In this document: piece after piece, positions 61,377 through 64,000 of the stretch
Numbering within the stretch: position 1 is the first letter of the stretch
How the letters are laid out: the number at the start of each line of letters is the position of its first letter
Source of the DNA: Trichoplax adhaerens
Taxonomy: Eukaryota > Animalia > Placozoa
Direction: 5' to 3'
DNA length: 64,000 nucleotides
NCBI RefSeq assembly: GCF_000150275.1
Contig: NW_002060946.1
Location: 7,778,441 to 7,842,440 of the forward strand
Notes under the pieces: generated by a model
The model's input: the letters and a program-made list of their open reading frames with translations, nothing else
What the model was told of the DNA's origin: nothing
Databases searched by the model: none
Position numbers and translations under genes: made by a program

Positions 61377-62006
61377 TGTGGCAGTGTTATATACTGTATA
61401 AGAGTAGAAATAGCTATGTTAGGATAATTCTGTTAGCCTATCCTTATTTAGCTAACTTCTAATTTGGATATACTGTGTTTTAATATAGCACTGACTTTTT
61501 ATGACAGTAACACTTATACACATACTGAAATTAATAGTTATAATAGGGAATGCAAATCATCTACTTACACTTCGAATCATTGTGATTGTAATTTACTTAT
61601 GGTAGATTGTAAATTATTGTGGAAATGTCCCGTAATAGGACATATCGTAATCTGACTATTCTGTATTAGCCACCAGATGTCTATGTTCGTAAATACTGTT
61701 GTCTGCATTAAGGGAGCAGTACCTATAATTAATATCTAATTCAGTAAATGATTCCAAAGTTAATCGTACTAACTATGACTCATGAACTCTTGAGGAATAG
61801 TATATAAATGTAGTAAATCGTGTAATAAAGAGAATTCTCAAACTTGGTGTTTAACGTAAAATACGAGGCGCCTAAGTCTTAGTGTAGTCTGCTAGTAGAG
61901 CAAAAATGTTTTTGATAGAGCAGATATCGTTCCTTAATACGTGGTTCAAGGAATTGACTTATTGATCGTATATTGCGTTATCTTGTTGCAAAGCTGTTTT
62001 GTGACA
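61377..62006 (+). mobile_element. Solo LTR (family C), 630 bp
   Basis: TGTGGCA...TTTGTGACA; exact TSD ATCAT (61372-76 and 62007-11); TATATAAA at 61801 and AATAAA at 61824; 3' end (cgttatcttgttgcaaagctgttttgtgaca) similar to family B. Confidence 0.8.
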
Positions 62007-63484
62007 ATCATGCTGCCCTTCGATATACAGCTTTTGAAGCTTTAGGAATGAAATTAATACATAATTATGTAATTAGTAAGTAATCGTAACGTAAAGTATA
62101 TCTCTCTATGGCCAACATGTGAATCGAACAGACCAGCAGAGTAATTTCTAAGAATTTATGAAAATCAGTATGGACCTATTATATTTACATAACGCTGGCA
62201 TTGTAAACACATAGGAGCCAGACTAAATTTGCGTTTACCAATTACGTGACAATATTGGTGATTTTGACCTTAATTTCTACTCGCATCATAGAGTATGAGC
62301 GAATTAAATCTAGAAATTAGAATAGAAAACTTAATATTCTATTCGTGTTGAAAATAATCATAATTTCTTATTTACTTTCACTCAGTGGCTCATAATATGC
62401 TCAAACATTATATGAACTTCTTTAATAAGATATGAATAAGCCGTTTAGAAAATTGAACAAGTATCGTTTATATTCTAGCATGCTAAGCTTAGAATGATAG
62501 TTAACTCAATAACACTTGAAATTTCTCATATTGATATTGAATTTTATGGTATTGTTATACGATCTGATGAAAGTTCCTTATAAAGTATATTTTTTTAATG
62601 TTGGTGTAATGAAATGAAATATGTAGAGATCAAGCTACGAAACTTTAACAAACTTTGATTCTACTTTCGTTGCACTCCGGTCGACTTAACGCTAATACTT
62701 TGACACCAAATAAAATTTGGGGAAATAACCGAACAACAATTTATTTCAAAACAAAAATGGAGAGAAGTATAAACCGAATAACCTTACAAATACTTAACTT
62801 TAAGTATTATTAAAATAAATGACAGACTTAAAAACTGTCAACGACCAAACAACCTTTCAAAAAGAAGAACGTTTTAACTTACGACAATTCGACCCCGAAG
62901 GCCTTTTAAATTCAACAAGTTCTTCAAATAAAATCTTCTTCTACTCTCTCCCTAAATTTTCTAATTGCACCATCATTTATAGGCTTCGTAGAGCCGTCAG
63001 AGGTATTTAAAACTAAACATTTGCTAACCAATCGCTCTTAAGATCCGTTTTAGAAAACTACTTTGCACCATTTAAGAAAACAAAAATCATTCAAAGTTCA
63101 GACACAATTTACCCTACGATTCCCTTACAAAACACTATAAAAGTAACAAGCTAACTATAAAAATACATCAAACTTACTTCATTTCTAACATAATTTCTAT
63201 CATTAATACACTATAAAAGTCTAAAAATCAACCTTTAAACATCAAGATTTAGTCATAAAAACAACATTCTAACTACCTAACAATCAACACAACCTCTACC
63301 AATTTCCATCTTATTTTCTATTTTCCTCACTAAATCTCCTAATGTGACTTCAAGTCACGTCATAAAATTCCAAAGTTTCAAATTCATAACAAAAAGTCCA
63401 AATCTCAAAATCAACTCTTACGATATTTTACATGAACAAAAATCCAAAAATTAAAACAGAAAAATTATAATTCAGACATAAAAT

Positions 63485-63575
63485 AAACCCGACCGGTTCC
63501 AAAACAGGAAAATTATATCGGACACAAACCCGACCGGTCCCAGAATCCGAAAACTATATCGGACACAAATCCGGA
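63485..63575. repeat. 41-bp tandem repeat, 2 full copies plus partial
   Basis: aaacccgaccggttccaaaacaggaaaattatatcggacac (63485-63525) and aaacccgaccggtcccagaatccgaaaactatatcggacac (63526-63566); degenerate copy upstream. Confidence 0.8.
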
Positions 63576-64000
63576 AAAATTCGCTTTTTATGAAGATCAC
63601 AGTAATCGCTTATCAAAAAAATTTATATGACTACTACGACTACTTTTCTGACATTAGTATCGCTTAGTATTCGCGAGTATTGACAGTTGATGTTTTAGCG
63701 TCAGATTGTACTGTAACTGTACGAGTATAGACTACATTACAGTACTTTATCGTCATGTTATAAATCCCCTTTCTCTAAGGATAGGGTTTTGCTACTAAGT
63801 CAAATTTCTTTACAATTTGAATAGACGATCAAACGCCCTTTCTTTAGATTAGGCATTTGCTCTATAGGGCTACTTCTATAGTAATCTATATAATACCTTG
63901 TAAAATAATGAAGAAGAAAAGATGGCGACATGATGATTTGGCAGGGTAAAACTTAAAGACACTATCACTTTCTAGGTATTTTGTATAGTAAAATAATACT

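Noticed and set aside
63150-63310. F-box-like reading on the minus strand (MEIGRG...RLNLDVQRLIFRLL) if stop codons are reverted to CAG/CGA/CAA
   Set aside because: Any stop can be reverted by T to C, so the frame is not diagnostic, and the resemblance is too weak to call without a profile search.

Overview
AT-rich eukaryotic (animal) genomic DNA with short GT-AG introns. The compact spliced housekeeping genes amid arrays of single-exon rhodopsin-class GPCRs suggest a placozoan (Trichoplax-like) genome; this is inference, not verified. Layout: (1) 8.3-32.5 kb holds a divergent GPCR cluster: one + strand atypical receptor and five tandem - strand paralogues, two intact and three pseudogenes. 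(2) 38.4-46.3 kb holds a convergent pair of spliced genes reconstructed exon by exon: DCAF8 (+, 14 coding exons, ~454 aa, ending in a CaaX box CATS) and KAT7/HBO1 (-, 11 coding exons, ~424 aa). (3) 48.5-57.1 kb holds two paralogous peptide-receptor-like GPCRs. The intergenic DNA of the GPCR regions carries at least 10 solo-LTR-like elements; most have TG...CA ends and 5-bp target-site duplications, and one is nested in another. Other oddities: a perfect 98-bp tandem duplication copying a KAT7 splice acceptor, self-complementary TACAG/CTGTA arrays upstream of both housekeeping genes, a 19-bp hairpin in a TA repeat, and a strongly G-depleted, possibly G-to-A hypermutated segment at 62.6-63.6 kb. 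No rRNA, tRNA or CRISPR array was seen. No single clearly novel multi-gene system can be established from sequence alone.
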